Shown here piece after piece: positions 7,409 through 15,683 of a DNA stretch of 64,000 bases (position 1 is the first letter of the stretch; each line of letters begins with the position of its first letter). Source of the DNA: an uncultured Bacteroidales bacterium (GTDB taxonomy: Bacteria > Bacteroidota > Bacteroidia > Bacteroidales > F082); contig ONVP01000002.1 of the NCBI GenBank assembly GCA_900321315.1, positions 272 through 64,271 on the forward strand. Reading direction: 5' to 3'. Below the pieces are notes generated by a model, which worked only from the letters and a program-made list of their open reading frames with translations, did not search any database and was not told where the DNA came from. The translations under genes and the position numbers were made by a program.

Positions 7409-9622
7409 ATGCGAAATTTTGCTATCATTAAAGATTCCCAATATAGTGTTATAGATCAATACCGTCGCTATCTGAACTATGCTGTTAACCATCCTCTTTT
7501 AGATAGAGAGGATGCTGTTTATGATTATAATTTCATGCAGCAATTAGGAGTTCTTCAAGCTGACGAAATACAAAATGTCATCAAAACAAATGGTGATGTG
7601 CTGTATGAAGGAATCAAATACACCAATTCTAATATTCAAGAATTATCCTCTACTATTTCGCATAAAATGGATTATGTAGCCCAAGGCCTTACTTCATCAT
7701 TAGAAAAAGGTTTTACTCAAATGGAGATAGAACTTGGAAAAGCTAATCAGCAATTGTCTAATATCAATAGTAATTTAAGCGATATAGGAAATTCTGTCAC
7801 AAGAGGGTTTTCTGATTTGAGAGCAGGACAGATTCACACTCAAGAATTGTTAGAGGGTTTTAGAAAACAAGTTGGCAAATCTTTTGAATTTGTGATACAA
7901 AAGATTGAATTATCAAATATTTATTTAGCGGCAATCTACCAAGAGATGAAAATTCCAGAGTTCCAAAGAGAAAGACGGTATTATATGGAACAAGGAATAA
8001 AGTATATAAAAATAGCTATTAAAGAAAACGACAAGCTGTATTATGAAGATGCAGTTAATGCCTTTCAGAAAGCAATAGAAATATCACCAGATGATTATTT
8101 TTCATGGTTTTATCTTGGATACATATATCTTAACTCAACATATTTTCTTGATATAAATAAAGCCAAAGAATCATTTGAGCATTACATACACTATGTCCGT
8201 CCAGAAATCGAGTCAAGCAAACAAACTCGTTTAATACATCAATTAGATAGTGTGTATTTATATATGGCTGAAATCTCATATTTAAAAGGAGAGTTAGATG
8301 ATGCTGTCGAATGGACAAACAAATGTGCCCCTAATGAGAAGGTTATATTTTTGAAAGCTAAATATTTATCGGCATCAAGTGATAATTCTCATAAGTGTTA
8401 CATGGCTGCACAACTATTAAAAGAAGTCATTAGCAAAAACCCGTTTTTATCTTTGCAAGTGTTAGAAGATGCTGATTTAATTAGCAATGATAGTGTTATT
8501 ACTATGCTTAATCTATTAAAGAACGAAGCAGTTTCCCGTGCAAAAAGCATAGTTAATGGCATTAAGGCAAAATGTATGGAATATGACGGATTTAGTCAAG
8601 CATTTACTGAAGTATTAAAGATTGAGAAAAACTTACAATCCGAAACATATCTAGAAGCATGTGAAGCAATAAACATTCTTAATAAACGCATGAATTGGGT
8701 TATAAAAAACCATCAATTAAGTTTTACCTCCTCTATTGTCGATTATTGTAATAATTATATCTCTTGTCTTAACAATTTCGTCAATTCAAATAGCAACCTT
8801 CCTATTGGGATATGTGTAAAGTTCCTGAAAATATACGATAAAGTACTAATCATATTTAATGATACAGAAACTCAACGTTGCAAAGAAAAACTATTAAGTT
8901 GTTTCGATAATCTAAAATCCTCTATATTACGTAAATATACAGAGCAATATAATCGTGTTCAATATAGATTAAATGATTTAAAAGATTATACAACGGTTCT
9001 TATGTCTATGTTGTCAATTCTTGAACCATTGAATAAATATATTCCATATTCAGAATCAATTAATTATAAAAACTATAATACCGAAGATTGTGATTTAGAA
9101 ACGAAAACATTTGGCGTTCCAGCATATTTTCGGGATCGGTGCATATCTGCTTTTGAAAACTCAAAAACCAGATTGAGTATTGTTAAATTAGAAATAAATG
9201 CGTTAGTTGAGAAATCACAGTATTTTCAAAATATACTTCAGTTATTAAAATCATGCACATACTTAAATTGTAAATTAAGTTTGTTTTACGATGGACAGGA
9301 TGATACGATTATAGACAATAAAGTTGATGATTTTAATATAATCGAAACACTTACAAAAAAATACCTTGATTATGTAATAGCAATTAGCCATATACCCTCA
9401 TCTGTCCCAAAATATCCTGGCTTTGGCTTTTTAGTCCCTTTTCAATATGCAAGATGGATAGCTGTTTGCAATCGGGCAATGAACAATAACAGAGATTTAA
9501 TTTCTACAGCAAAAGCGGTTAATAAAAAAATGCATACTTTGTATAAGGATTTAAAGCAGCGCAATTTATTATTAACCAACCATATGCACATTCCTTGGTA
9601 TGGCCTCGACGATTGGAATTAG
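7409..9622 (+). CDS. Large orphan protein with N-terminal coiled-coil region and TPR-like repeats; no enzymatic motif recognised
   Basis: A 737-aa uninterrupted ORF in very AT-rich DNA. YYEDAVNAFQKAIEISPDDYFSWFYLGYIYL and ISYLKGELDDAVEWTNKC look like TPR units. The N-terminal 100-190 region is heptad-like. Confidence 0.7.
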   Translation: MRNFAIIKDSQYSVIDQYRRYLNYAVNHPLLDREDAVYDYNFMQQLGVLQADEIQNVIKTNGDVLYEGIKYTNSNIQELSSTISHKMDYVAQGLTSSLEKGFTQMEIELGKANQQLSNINSNLSDIGNSVTRGFSDLRAGQIHTQELLEGFRKQVGKSFEFVIQKIELSNIYLAAIYQEMKIPEFQRERRYYMEQGIKYIKIAIKENDKLYYEDAVNAFQKAIEISPDDYFSWFYLGYIYLNSTYFLDINKAKESFEHYIHYVRPEIESSKQTRLIHQLDSVYLYMAEISYLKGELDDAVEWTNKCAPNEKVIFLKAKYLSASSDNSHKCYMAAQLLKEVISKNPFLSLQVLEDADLISNDSVITMLNLLKNEAVSRAKSIVNGIKAKCMEYDGFSQAFTEVLKIEKNLQSETYLEACEAINILNKRMNWVIKNHQLSFTSSIVDYCNNYISCLNNFVNSNSNLPIGICVKFLKIYDKVLIIFNDTETQRCKEKLLSCFDNLKSSILRKYTEQYNRVQYRLNDLKDYTTVLMSMLSILEPLNKYIPYSESINYKNYNTEDCDLETKTFGVPAYFRDRCISAFENSKTRLSIVKLEINALVEKSQYFQNILQLLKSCTYLNCKLSLFYDGQDDTIIDNKVDDFNIIETLTKKYLDYVIAISHIPSSVPKYPGFGFLVPFQYARWIAVCNRAMNNNRDLISTAKAVNKKMHTLYKDLKQRNLLLTNHMHIPWYGLDDWN

Positions 9623-9643
9623 TTTAATCAATTAGTAAGATCC

Positions 9644-9718
9644 CTTCAGCCGCACATCAGCACCCTCACCAAAGCAAAAACCGTCCGCGCTTCGGCATTC
9701 ATTATCATGATGTTTTGG
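9644..9718 (-). pseudogene. Decayed 3'-end remnant of a small XRE-family HTH gene (repeat copy 1)
   Basis: The minus strand reads ...EARTVFALVRVLMCG*, which aligns to copy 2 (ARTVFALARALGCG...). The core ccaaagcaaaaaccgtccgcgc is identical. A 2-nt indel relative to copy 2 shifts the frame. Confidence 0.5.
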
Positions 9719-9840
9719 CAAGAGGCGAATTTCGTTCAATGAAGAATAAAACCGAAGCGTTATTATTTAGACTTTGTATAAATTAACCTATAAGTTTATT
9801 ATTTTGACAGTAATAGTAGCTTTATTTCAGAAATAAAGTC

Positions 9841-9848
9841 TATTTTTG
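9841..9848 (+). promoter_or_regulatory. -7 box (TATTTTTG) upstream of the HigB-like ORF
   Basis: Matches TAnnTTTG and lies 43 nt upstream of the TTG start at 9891. Confidence 0.45.
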
Positions 9849-9890
9849 CATCGTCAACCGACAAAAGTAAACCTGTAAGTTTATATCGAA

Positions 9891-10445
9891 TTGGAACTAA
9901 TAGCTATATATCCACCATACATCTACAGCGTTCAATATGATGATGTAGAGGAAAACGAATTCGACAGATTGTTCCAACAATGGAATGATTTGGAGTATGT
10001 GACGCAGTTCTTTGAAATTTTTCAAGATTATCTGAAATCCCCAGTTTGGCAAAAAACACCTGAGCCAGAAGATGCTACACTTCAAGTATTGCAAGAAGCT
10101 ACTGATTTAGAAGACCTTTTTGAAGAATTATACAATAACACCAAAAATAGTATTGTAGGAAAAGACTTTGATTCTCATTTTTATTATTTGGATGGAAAAT
10201 ATCAATTTGAGAAGGAACGACCTCCCATGAAATCTTATGGGACAAATCGACCTTCACTACTAAGGATATACGCCATAAAGATGAATACAAACACATACCT
10301 AATAACAGGAGGAGGAATAAAATTGGCTGATACGATACAGAACTCTCCAGATTTAAAAGAGCACGTTTTGAATAACATCGACAAAGTCAGGCAATTCCTC
10401 AAAGCAAATGGCATCATGGATAGTGATGATATGGAAAACAACTAA
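9891..10445 (+). CDS. Putative toxin: RelE/HigB (Gp49/DUF891-like) C-terminal region with a ~110-aa N-terminal extension
   Basis: SLLRIYAIKMNTNTYLITGGGIKLADTIQNSPDLKEHV resembles the RelE/Gp49 core strand-strand-helix. It is followed by an XRE gene in toxin-then-antitoxin order. Only a TTG start is available, because an in-frame stop lies at 9876-9878. Confidence 0.45.
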   Translation: MELIAIYPPYIYSVQYDDVEENEFDRLFQQWNDLEYVTQFFEIFQDYLKSPVWQKTPEPEDATLQVLQEATDLEDLFEELYNNTKNSIVGKDFDSHFYYLDGKYQFEKERPPMKSYGTNRPSLLRIYAIKMNTNTYLITGGGIKLADTIQNSPDLKEHVLNNIDKVRQFLKANGIMDSDDMENN

Positions 10446-10467
10446 TCAACTTAAACAATTTACAATT

Positions 10468-10899
10468 ATGGCATTTAACCCGGAAAAATTGGCCGCATTA
10501 GCCAAACCTCGCAGCGAAGAGGCAAGAGAAAAAGCACGAATCCGAAAGGAAAACCGTAACTGGTTGAGAATGTCCCAGGAAATAGCTCTCTGTCTGCATT
10601 ACTATCTTCGTAAGGCAGGGCTAACTCAAAAAGAGTTGGCAGATAAAATGGGGGTGTCGGCAGTATATGTTGGAAAACTTTTAAAAGGAGGGGAAAACAT
10701 GACCCTTGAAACCATCTGTAAGATTCAGAACGTAATTTGTGAAAACATAGTTGCTATAGCAAAACCGTATGTTAGCACTACAGTAATAAGTTTCCCTTTC
10801 CAGTATAGATTCTCACCCGATGCAATAACTAGCGAAAGATTCTCTGACAATCAATTATCACATGAAAATTATGTACCAATGGCTAACGATGCCGCCTAA
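10468..10899 (+). CDS. XRE-family HTH antitoxin (HigA-like) with a long C-terminal tail
   Basis: GLTQKELADKMGVSAVYVGKLLKGGENMTLETICKI is a canonical XRE HTH. I trimmed the start to the ATG at 10468. About 50 aa of aromatic-rich tail follow the HTH. Confidence 0.8.
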   Translation: MAFNPEKLAALAKPRSEEAREKARIRKENRNWLRMSQEIALCLHYYLRKAGLTQKELADKMGVSAVYVGKLLKGGENMTLETICKIQNVICENIVAIAKPYVSTTVISFPFQYRFSPDAITSERFSDNQLSHENYVPMANDAA

Positions 10900-10911
10900 A
10901 CACTTGAGACA

Positions 10912-11337
10912 ATGGAACCACAAGTAATGTATAGATTTAGCAAAATGGAACTTGAGCAATTTGCCATGTTTGAAGAGAATTGCAATCCAGAACCGAATGA
11001 AGTCCAATTTCATACCGAAGCGCAGTTTTCGTATGACAAAGATAATTACATACTTTGCAGTAAGATTATCGTTAACATGGCATCTCAGGAAAAGCCATTA
11101 GTAAAAGCTGAATTAAAAAGTTATTTCAACCTTTTGCCAGAGTCAGTTGAAAACTTGCGTAAGGACGGTCGTATCATGTTTGCTCCGCATTTGCTAGTCC
11201 AATTTGCATCTTTATGCTATGGCTCAATTCGTGGGGTAATCTTTGCAAAAACAATAGGCACACCTATTAATAATTACGTCTTGCCACCAGTGTATTTTGC
11301 GAATTTGATTGACAAGGGGTTTGTTGTTGAGGATTAA
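10912..11337 (+). CDS. SecB-like chaperone (third component of a TAC-type toxin-antitoxin-chaperone module)
   Basis: It is 141 aa. FAPHLLVQFASLCYGSIRGVIFAKTIGTPINNYVLPPVYFANLI parallels E. coli SecB [36 protein letters not shown]. The N-terminal and middle strands also line up. Confidence 0.55.
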   Translation: MEPQVMYRFSKMELEQFAMFEENCNPEPNEVQFHTEAQFSYDKDNYILCSKIIVNMASQEKPLVKAELKSYFNLLPESVENLRKDGRIMFAPHLLVQFASLCYGSIRGVIFAKTIGTPINNYVLPPVYFANLIDKGFVVED

Positions 11338-11399
11338 TGTTATCAGATGATTATAATAGCGCGATGCATAATTGTGTATCGCGCTATTTTTACTTTGTA

Positions 11400-11609
11400 T
11401 TACCCACAAATCACCTCAGCCCCACACCCCAGCGCCCTCGCCAAAGCAAAAACCGTCCGCGCCTTGGTTTTCATGATGTCTTGGTCGCCTTGCTCGTATG
11501 CCTGGATCATGCGAAGGGTGACGCCCGACAATTCGGCCAGTTCCTTTTGGGTGAAATGGGATTGCTTCCGAATGGTTTTCAGGGATAAAAAACAAAAAAG
11601 GTGTGCAAA
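11400..11609 (-). pseudogene. Near-complete small XRE-family HTH gene lacking a canonical start codon (repeat copy 2)
   Basis: The minus strand reads LSLKTIRKQSHFTQKELAELSGVTLRMIQAYEQGDQDIMKTKARTVFALARALGCGAEVICG*. The frame is open only to 11609, with no ATG/GTG/TTG before the HTH. It may still be expressed from CTG or be 5'-truncated. Confidence 0.55.
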
Positions 11610-11638
11610 TTAAAAAATAATGTGTATTTTTGCACACC
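11600..11638 (+). promoter_or_regulatory. Perfect 10-bp inverted repeat (ggtgtgcaaa / tttgcacacc) overlapping a TATTTTTG -7 box: candidate autoregulated promoter/operator
   Basis: The IR arms are 11600-11609 and 11629-11638. The -7 box is at 11625-11632, 38 nt upstream of the ATG at 11670. Confidence 0.5.
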
Positions 11639-11669
11639 AAATCAAGTCATCAATAAAAAGGGGGTAGTT

Positions 11670-12716
11670 ATGGAAAATGTTTTTGCACAGCGACTTATCA
11701 ATGCACGAAGGATTCGAGGGATTTCTCAAAGAGAACTTTGTGCACGGCTGGGTGGTCGGATTTCAAGTAATGCCATCGCCAAATACGAAACGGCGAAGAT
11801 GATTCCATCGAGCCAAAACCTGATTGCCATAGCTGAAGCTCTTGATTTTGGAATCGATTATTTCTTTAGACCATTCACCGTGAGCATTGATTACAATAGC
11901 TTCGAGTTCCGCAAACGGTCGAGCCTTCCCGCCAAAAAGGAAACGGCCATCAAAGAGCGCATCGCGTTGTTGATTGAAAAATATAGCGAAATAGAGAATA
12001 TTACACACGATGGAGTTCCGTTTAACCTTACTTATGACCAGGTGCTGTTGAGCAGTGACAACGACGCCCGATCGATCGGAGCACGCTTCCGTCAAGATCT
12101 TAACCTGGGTACCGACTGCATTTCCACGCCCATCGAAGTACTTGAAAACAGCGGAGTAAAAGTGATTGAGATTGACGCTGACAAGAAATTCGATGGTAGT
12201 TGTCTGAAAAACATAGAACTGCCAGTTATAGTCCTCAACAGGAACATCATTTCTGAACGCCGTCGCCTGACGCTTTTCCATGAGTTGGCGCATATAGTAT
12301 TGCGGTTCAACGAAGGAGCTGATGTGGAACGCTTGTGCAATATTTTTGCCAACGAAGTGCTTCTGCCATCAGCAGTGCTGAAATCGCTGTTAGGCGAACA
12401 TCGCAAAAGCCTCTCTTGGAAGGAGTTAAAACTGATACAAGAGAGTTATGGAATTTCGGTTGATGCCATCCTTGTGAAAGCCAAGCAAATAGGAATCATC
12501 AGTGAAGCATCGCACAGGTCTTTGTGCATCGAGCTAAATCGAAATCCTGAACTGAAACAGAGAGTGCAGGCAAGCGTATATCACAAAGAGGAATCGTCGC
12601 GTTTCGAACGATTGGTTTACAAGGCATTGTCCGACAACCTGATTACTTTATCGAAGGCTGCCGACCTGCTTGATTGTTCCGTTGACCAAGTGAATGCACA
12701 ACTGACATTAGCGTGA
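11670..12716 (+). CDS. XRE HTH fused to an ImmA/IrrE-family (COG2856) zinc metallopeptidase
   Basis: N-terminal RGISQRELCARLGGRISSNAIAKYETAKMIPS is an HTH. TLFHELAHIVL is the HEXXH motif, in the usual ImmA/IrrE context. Start trimmed to the ATG at 11670. Confidence 0.85.
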   Translation: MENVFAQRLINARRIRGISQRELCARLGGRISSNAIAKYETAKMIPSSQNLIAIAEALDFGIDYFFRPFTVSIDYNSFEFRKRSSLPAKKETAIKERIALLIEKYSEIENITHDGVPFNLTYDQVLLSSDNDARSIGARFRQDLNLGTDCISTPIEVLENSGVKVIEIDADKKFDGSCLKNIELPVIVLNRNIISERRRLTLFHELAHIVLRFNEGADVERLCNIFANEVLLPSAVLKSLLGEHRKSLSWKELKLIQESYGISVDAILVKAKQIGIISEASHRSLCIELNRNPELKQRVQASVYHKEESSRFERLVYKALSDNLITLSKAADLLDCSVDQVNAQLTLA

Positions 12717-12717
12717 T

Positions 12718-13233
12718 ATGGAGATAGTGGTCAACGATACGCAGGTGCTCATCGACATGTACGATGCTGATTTATTGGGACTGGTTGAACGTTGTTCTAT
12801 CAAGTTCCACACAGTAGATTACGTATTGGCAGAGTTGCACCGTTCGCCCTATAAGCGACCTGAAATTGACCAAATGGTAAAAGACGGTATACTGGAGGTC
12901 CATTCTTTTAGTGACAAGGAGAACGTTGATTTGGTGGCTTATTATGGTAAGATGGCCATGCAGACAAACCTTTCGTTAACGGATTGTGCAGTTTTGAAGT
13001 ACTCGAAAGACAACGGCTACCGACTGCTTACGGGCGACAAAAAGTTGCGTAATCACGCAGAAGATGAAGGTGTGCTGGTTTCTGGCATCCTTTATCTTGT
13101 TGACAAATTTGTTGCAGAACAATTGATTACGGGTACAGTCATGGCGGAACGATTAGAAATGCTGTTGAAAACAAATCCACGATTGCCAAAAACCATATTC
13201 GAGGAGCGGATTAAGTCACTACAGGGTTTATAA
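12718..13233 (+). CDS. PIN-like nuclease domain protein (DUF3368/DUF4411-type), partner of the ImmA/IrrE gene
   Basis: VVNDTQVLIDMYDADLL...VLAEL and LSLTDCAVLKYS...LLTGDKKLRNHAEDEGVLVSGILYLV fit the PIN acidic-residue pattern. Its start lies 2 nt after the upstream stop. Confidence 0.65.
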   Translation: MEIVVNDTQVLIDMYDADLLGLVERCSIKFHTVDYVLAELHRSPYKRPEIDQMVKDGILEVHSFSDKENVDLVAYYGKMAMQTNLSLTDCAVLKYSKDNGYRLLTGDKKLRNHAEDEGVLVSGILYLVDKFVAEQLITGTVMAERLEMLLKTNPRLPKTIFEERIKSLQGL

Positions 13234-13256
13234 TCGATGAAATCCTTTTGCATCAC

Positions 13257-13312
13257 TCAAAAATCACCTCCGCCGCACACTCCAGCACTCTCGCCAAGGC
13301 AAAAACCGTTTG
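13257..13312 (-). pseudogene. 3'-end remnant of the same XRE-family gene (repeat copy 3)
   Basis: The minus strand reads TVFALARVLECAAEVIFE*. By my count, 43 of the first 49 aligned nt are identical to copy 2 (11408-11456 vs 13261-13309). Confidence 0.55.
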
Positions 13313-13334
13313 TGTGTAGGTTTAGAAAAAACCT

Positions 13335-13342
13335 TACCTTTG
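13335..13342 (+). promoter_or_regulatory. -7 box (TACCTTTG) upstream of proline iminopeptidase
   Basis: Matches TAnnTTTG and lies 29 nt upstream of the ATG at 13371. Confidence 0.45.
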
Positions 13343-13370
13343 CCCCCGACAAACCAAACCTCATCAAACC

Positions 13371-14255
13371 ATGAATCAACATCCCATCCAAGAAGGATAC
13401 ATGCCCTATTTGGGCTATCAGACTTACTACCGCATTGTCGGTGAACCCTCAGACAAACCCGCATTGTTGCTGCTGCATGGCGGACCAGGCAGCACGCACA
13501 ACTATTTCGAGGTGTTGGACTGCATTGCCGAAACGGGCCGACAGGTGATTTCTTACGACCAAATTGGTTGCGGCAACTCCTATTTGGACGGCCATCCCGA
13601 GCTATGGACCCAGGAAACTTGGATCAACGAGCTCATCGCTTTGCGCGAACATCTGCACCTCGACCAAATCCACATCCTCGGTCAGTCGTGGGGTGCCATG
13701 CAGGCCATCGCCTATATCATTGACTGCCAGCCTAAAGGCATCAAGTCGGTGATTCTTTCTTCGGGCCATGCCTCCAGCTCGCTTTGGGCCAGTGAGCAAC
13801 ACCGCCTCATCAAGTACATGTCTAAAGAAGACCAAGAAGCCATCCGTCGCGCTGAGGCCACCGGCAAATGGGACGACCCCGACTATCTCCGCGCCAACGA
13901 GCATTATTTTGAGCGTTATGTCATCAGCATCGATGAGCACTCGCCCGAATGTCTCCGCCGACCTAAACGCGCGGGCAACGAAGCCTATCTCTACGGCTGG
14001 GGACCCAACGAATACCAACCCTTAGGCGACTTGGCCGATTTCGAATACACCGATCGTCTCGGTGAAATCAAGCAACCTTGTCTGATTTGCAGCGGCACCC
14101 GCGACATCTGCACCCCAGTGGTGGCCGCCTCGCTCTTTGAGAACATCCCCAACAGCCGCTGGGAAGTCTTCAAAGGCGCGCGCCACACCTGCTTCGTGGA
14201 ACAGACGGACAAGTATTGCGACATCCTTAGGCCTTGGTTGGAGGAACACGATTGA
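13371..14255 (+). CDS. pip: Proline iminopeptidase (alpha/beta hydrolase)
   Basis: LLLLHGGPGSTHNYF and the nucleophile elbow GQSWGAMQA are present. Length and layout are typical of PepI-type prolyl aminopeptidases. Confidence 0.85.
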   Translation: MNQHPIQEGYMPYLGYQTYYRIVGEPSDKPALLLLHGGPGSTHNYFEVLDCIAETGRQVISYDQIGCGNSYLDGHPELWTQETWINELIALREHLHLDQIHILGQSWGAMQAIAYIIDCQPKGIKSVILSSGHASSSLWASEQHRLIKYMSKEDQEAIRRAEATGKWDDPDYLRANEHYFERYVISIDEHSPECLRRPKRAGNEAYLYGWGPNEYQPLGDLADFEYTDRLGEIKQPCLICSGTRDICTPVVAASLFENIPNSRWEVFKGARHTCFVEQTDKYCDILRPWLEEHD

Positions 14256-14361
14256 GGAAGAAACCTACTTCATTTACAAAAACCACTTTATTCAGCCAAA
14301 ACACCACAAAAACACCCCGTTTTGGCTGAACAAAGTGCCTTATGTCACTCACAAATCACCC

Positions 14362-15570
14362 TCACAAATAAAACCGAATCCCAGCCTTGAGGTTGAATCG
14401 CTGTAGGCCTTCTTTGGTATTACCCATGTCTATGTCTTCCTTGTGAGTGCCGTCGTCATAGGTCGCATTCGACAAGGCACCGATGTAATACGAAGCCTCC
14501 GCGCCGATGGCGATATGCTGCGTAAGCCTGTAATCGTAGCCGAATCCAAGGCCCAAGCCGAAAGTGTGTCCTTTCAATGTGTATTTGTAGCCAAATTCTT
14601 CGGCACTGTCCTTGTAGCCCAAGTATCCGGCGAGGGCTTCAAGATTCAACATGTGCTTGCCGTTTCTGGAAGAGGCCGTCAAAGCGCCGAACGACATGCC
14701 TATGAAAGTGATGGTATGGATGTTGCTTACTGGCCCTTCATAATAGTTGCCTTCATCATCGTAGGTATAGAAATAGCCCGCATTGCTGCTCGAGAACTGG
14801 TCATAATGCAAGCCAAAAGTGACCCCGTTTGTGATATTGAACCGAATGCTGGCGCCATAGTCAGGGCCTCGCGACAGCTTTTTCAGATAGTCCTTGTAAT
14901 CGCCCGAAAGGTTGTTGGAAAACTTTGCCGTCCTGAAAGCATAGCCGACGTTCAACGCGATTTGCACGTGGTACTCTTTCTTTTCGCTCTCGGCTTTTCG
15001 CCGGGCCAACTCCACAGGGTCGTTGATGTAGTAATGCGGGACATCCGTCAAAAGCAAACGGGTGAGTCGTCTGATGCCGTTACGTTCATAGAGAAAGGCG
15101 ATATACTTGTCGGTTTTGTCGGTAACAAGGCATGGGATGGTGTCGCCGTCTTTCAAAACCACGTAATCATGGAAGTTTTCTTTTGCCGTTTCCGACAAGG
15201 CAACAGGTTCTATATCATCGCTGATATTCAGCATGTAAGCCGTAATTTGGTGGCAGTAGCTGCCGTTTTGTCCGGGGAAGCTGTGCTGCACAATCTCGAT
15301 GCCGTTGCCGCCTGCAGCCCGCACCTCTTGTTTGGCCGTTTCAAGAACGGTTTCCCAGTCGCAACGCGTGGTGAATCCTCCGTCCAACACGGACACGTTT
15401 CCTATGACTTCCGCGTTTTCGGGGACGACCTCGCCAATATTGTACACCGTCACTTCGGTATCGTTGCCAACGGGATGCCTTTCCTTGATGATGTGCTTGT
15501 GAACCTTCGGGGAACAAGAACAAAGCCAGACGGCCAGAATGACAAGGATGTAAAGATTTTTGTTTTTCAT
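14362..15570 (-). CDS. Hypothetical lipoprotein with a beta-barrel-like C-terminal half
   Basis: MKNKNLYILVILAVWLCSCS is a signal plus lipobox. The C-terminal half is rich in alternating G/Y/F strands and ends in ...LKAGIRFYL, which is OMP-like. Confidence 0.65.
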   Translation of the reverse strand: MKNKNLYILVILAVWLCSCSPKVHKHIIKERHPVGNDTEVTVYNIGEVVPENAEVIGNVSVLDGGFTTRCDWETVLETAKQEVRAAGGNGIEIVQHSFPGQNGSYCHQITAYMLNISDDIEPVALSETAKENFHDYVVLKDGDTIPCLVTDKTDKYIAFLYERNGIRRLTRLLLTDVPHYYINDPVELARRKAESEKKEYHVQIALNVGYAFRTAKFSNNLSGDYKDYLKKLSRGPDYGASIRFNITNGVTFGLHYDQFSSSNAGYFYTYDDEGNYYEGPVSNIHTITFIGMSFGALTASSRNGKHMLNLEALAGYLGYKDSAEEFGYKYTLKGHTFGLGLGFGYDYRLTQHIAIGAEASYYIGALSNATYDDGTHKEDIDMGNTKEGLQRFNLKAGIRFYL

Positions 15571-15616
15571 ATTCTGTTAATTTTGGATTTGTTATTCATT
15601 TCATTCATTTTTCAGT

Positions 15617-15681
15617 CTGTAGGGACACATCGCATACATCCGTTGGTTGCATTGGCGGACACACGCGGTGTGTCCCTACAG
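15617..15681. repeat. REP-like palindromic element / terminator hairpin (ctgtagggacaca ... tgtgtccctacag)
   Basis: Perfect 13-bp arms at 15617-15629 and 15669-15681. An alternative inner hairpin ggacacac gcg gtgtgtcc lies at 15657-15675. It is immediately downstream of the minus-strand gene ending at 15684. Confidence 0.6.
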
Positions 15682-15683
15682 GG

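Noticed and set aside
9644-13312. An integron-like interpretation of the repeated segments (attC sites).
   Set aside because: The repeats are coding relics of an XRE gene rather than imperfect palindromes with R/L boxes. No IntI-type integrase or attI is present. I kept the finding as a serial-insertion/hotspot observation only.
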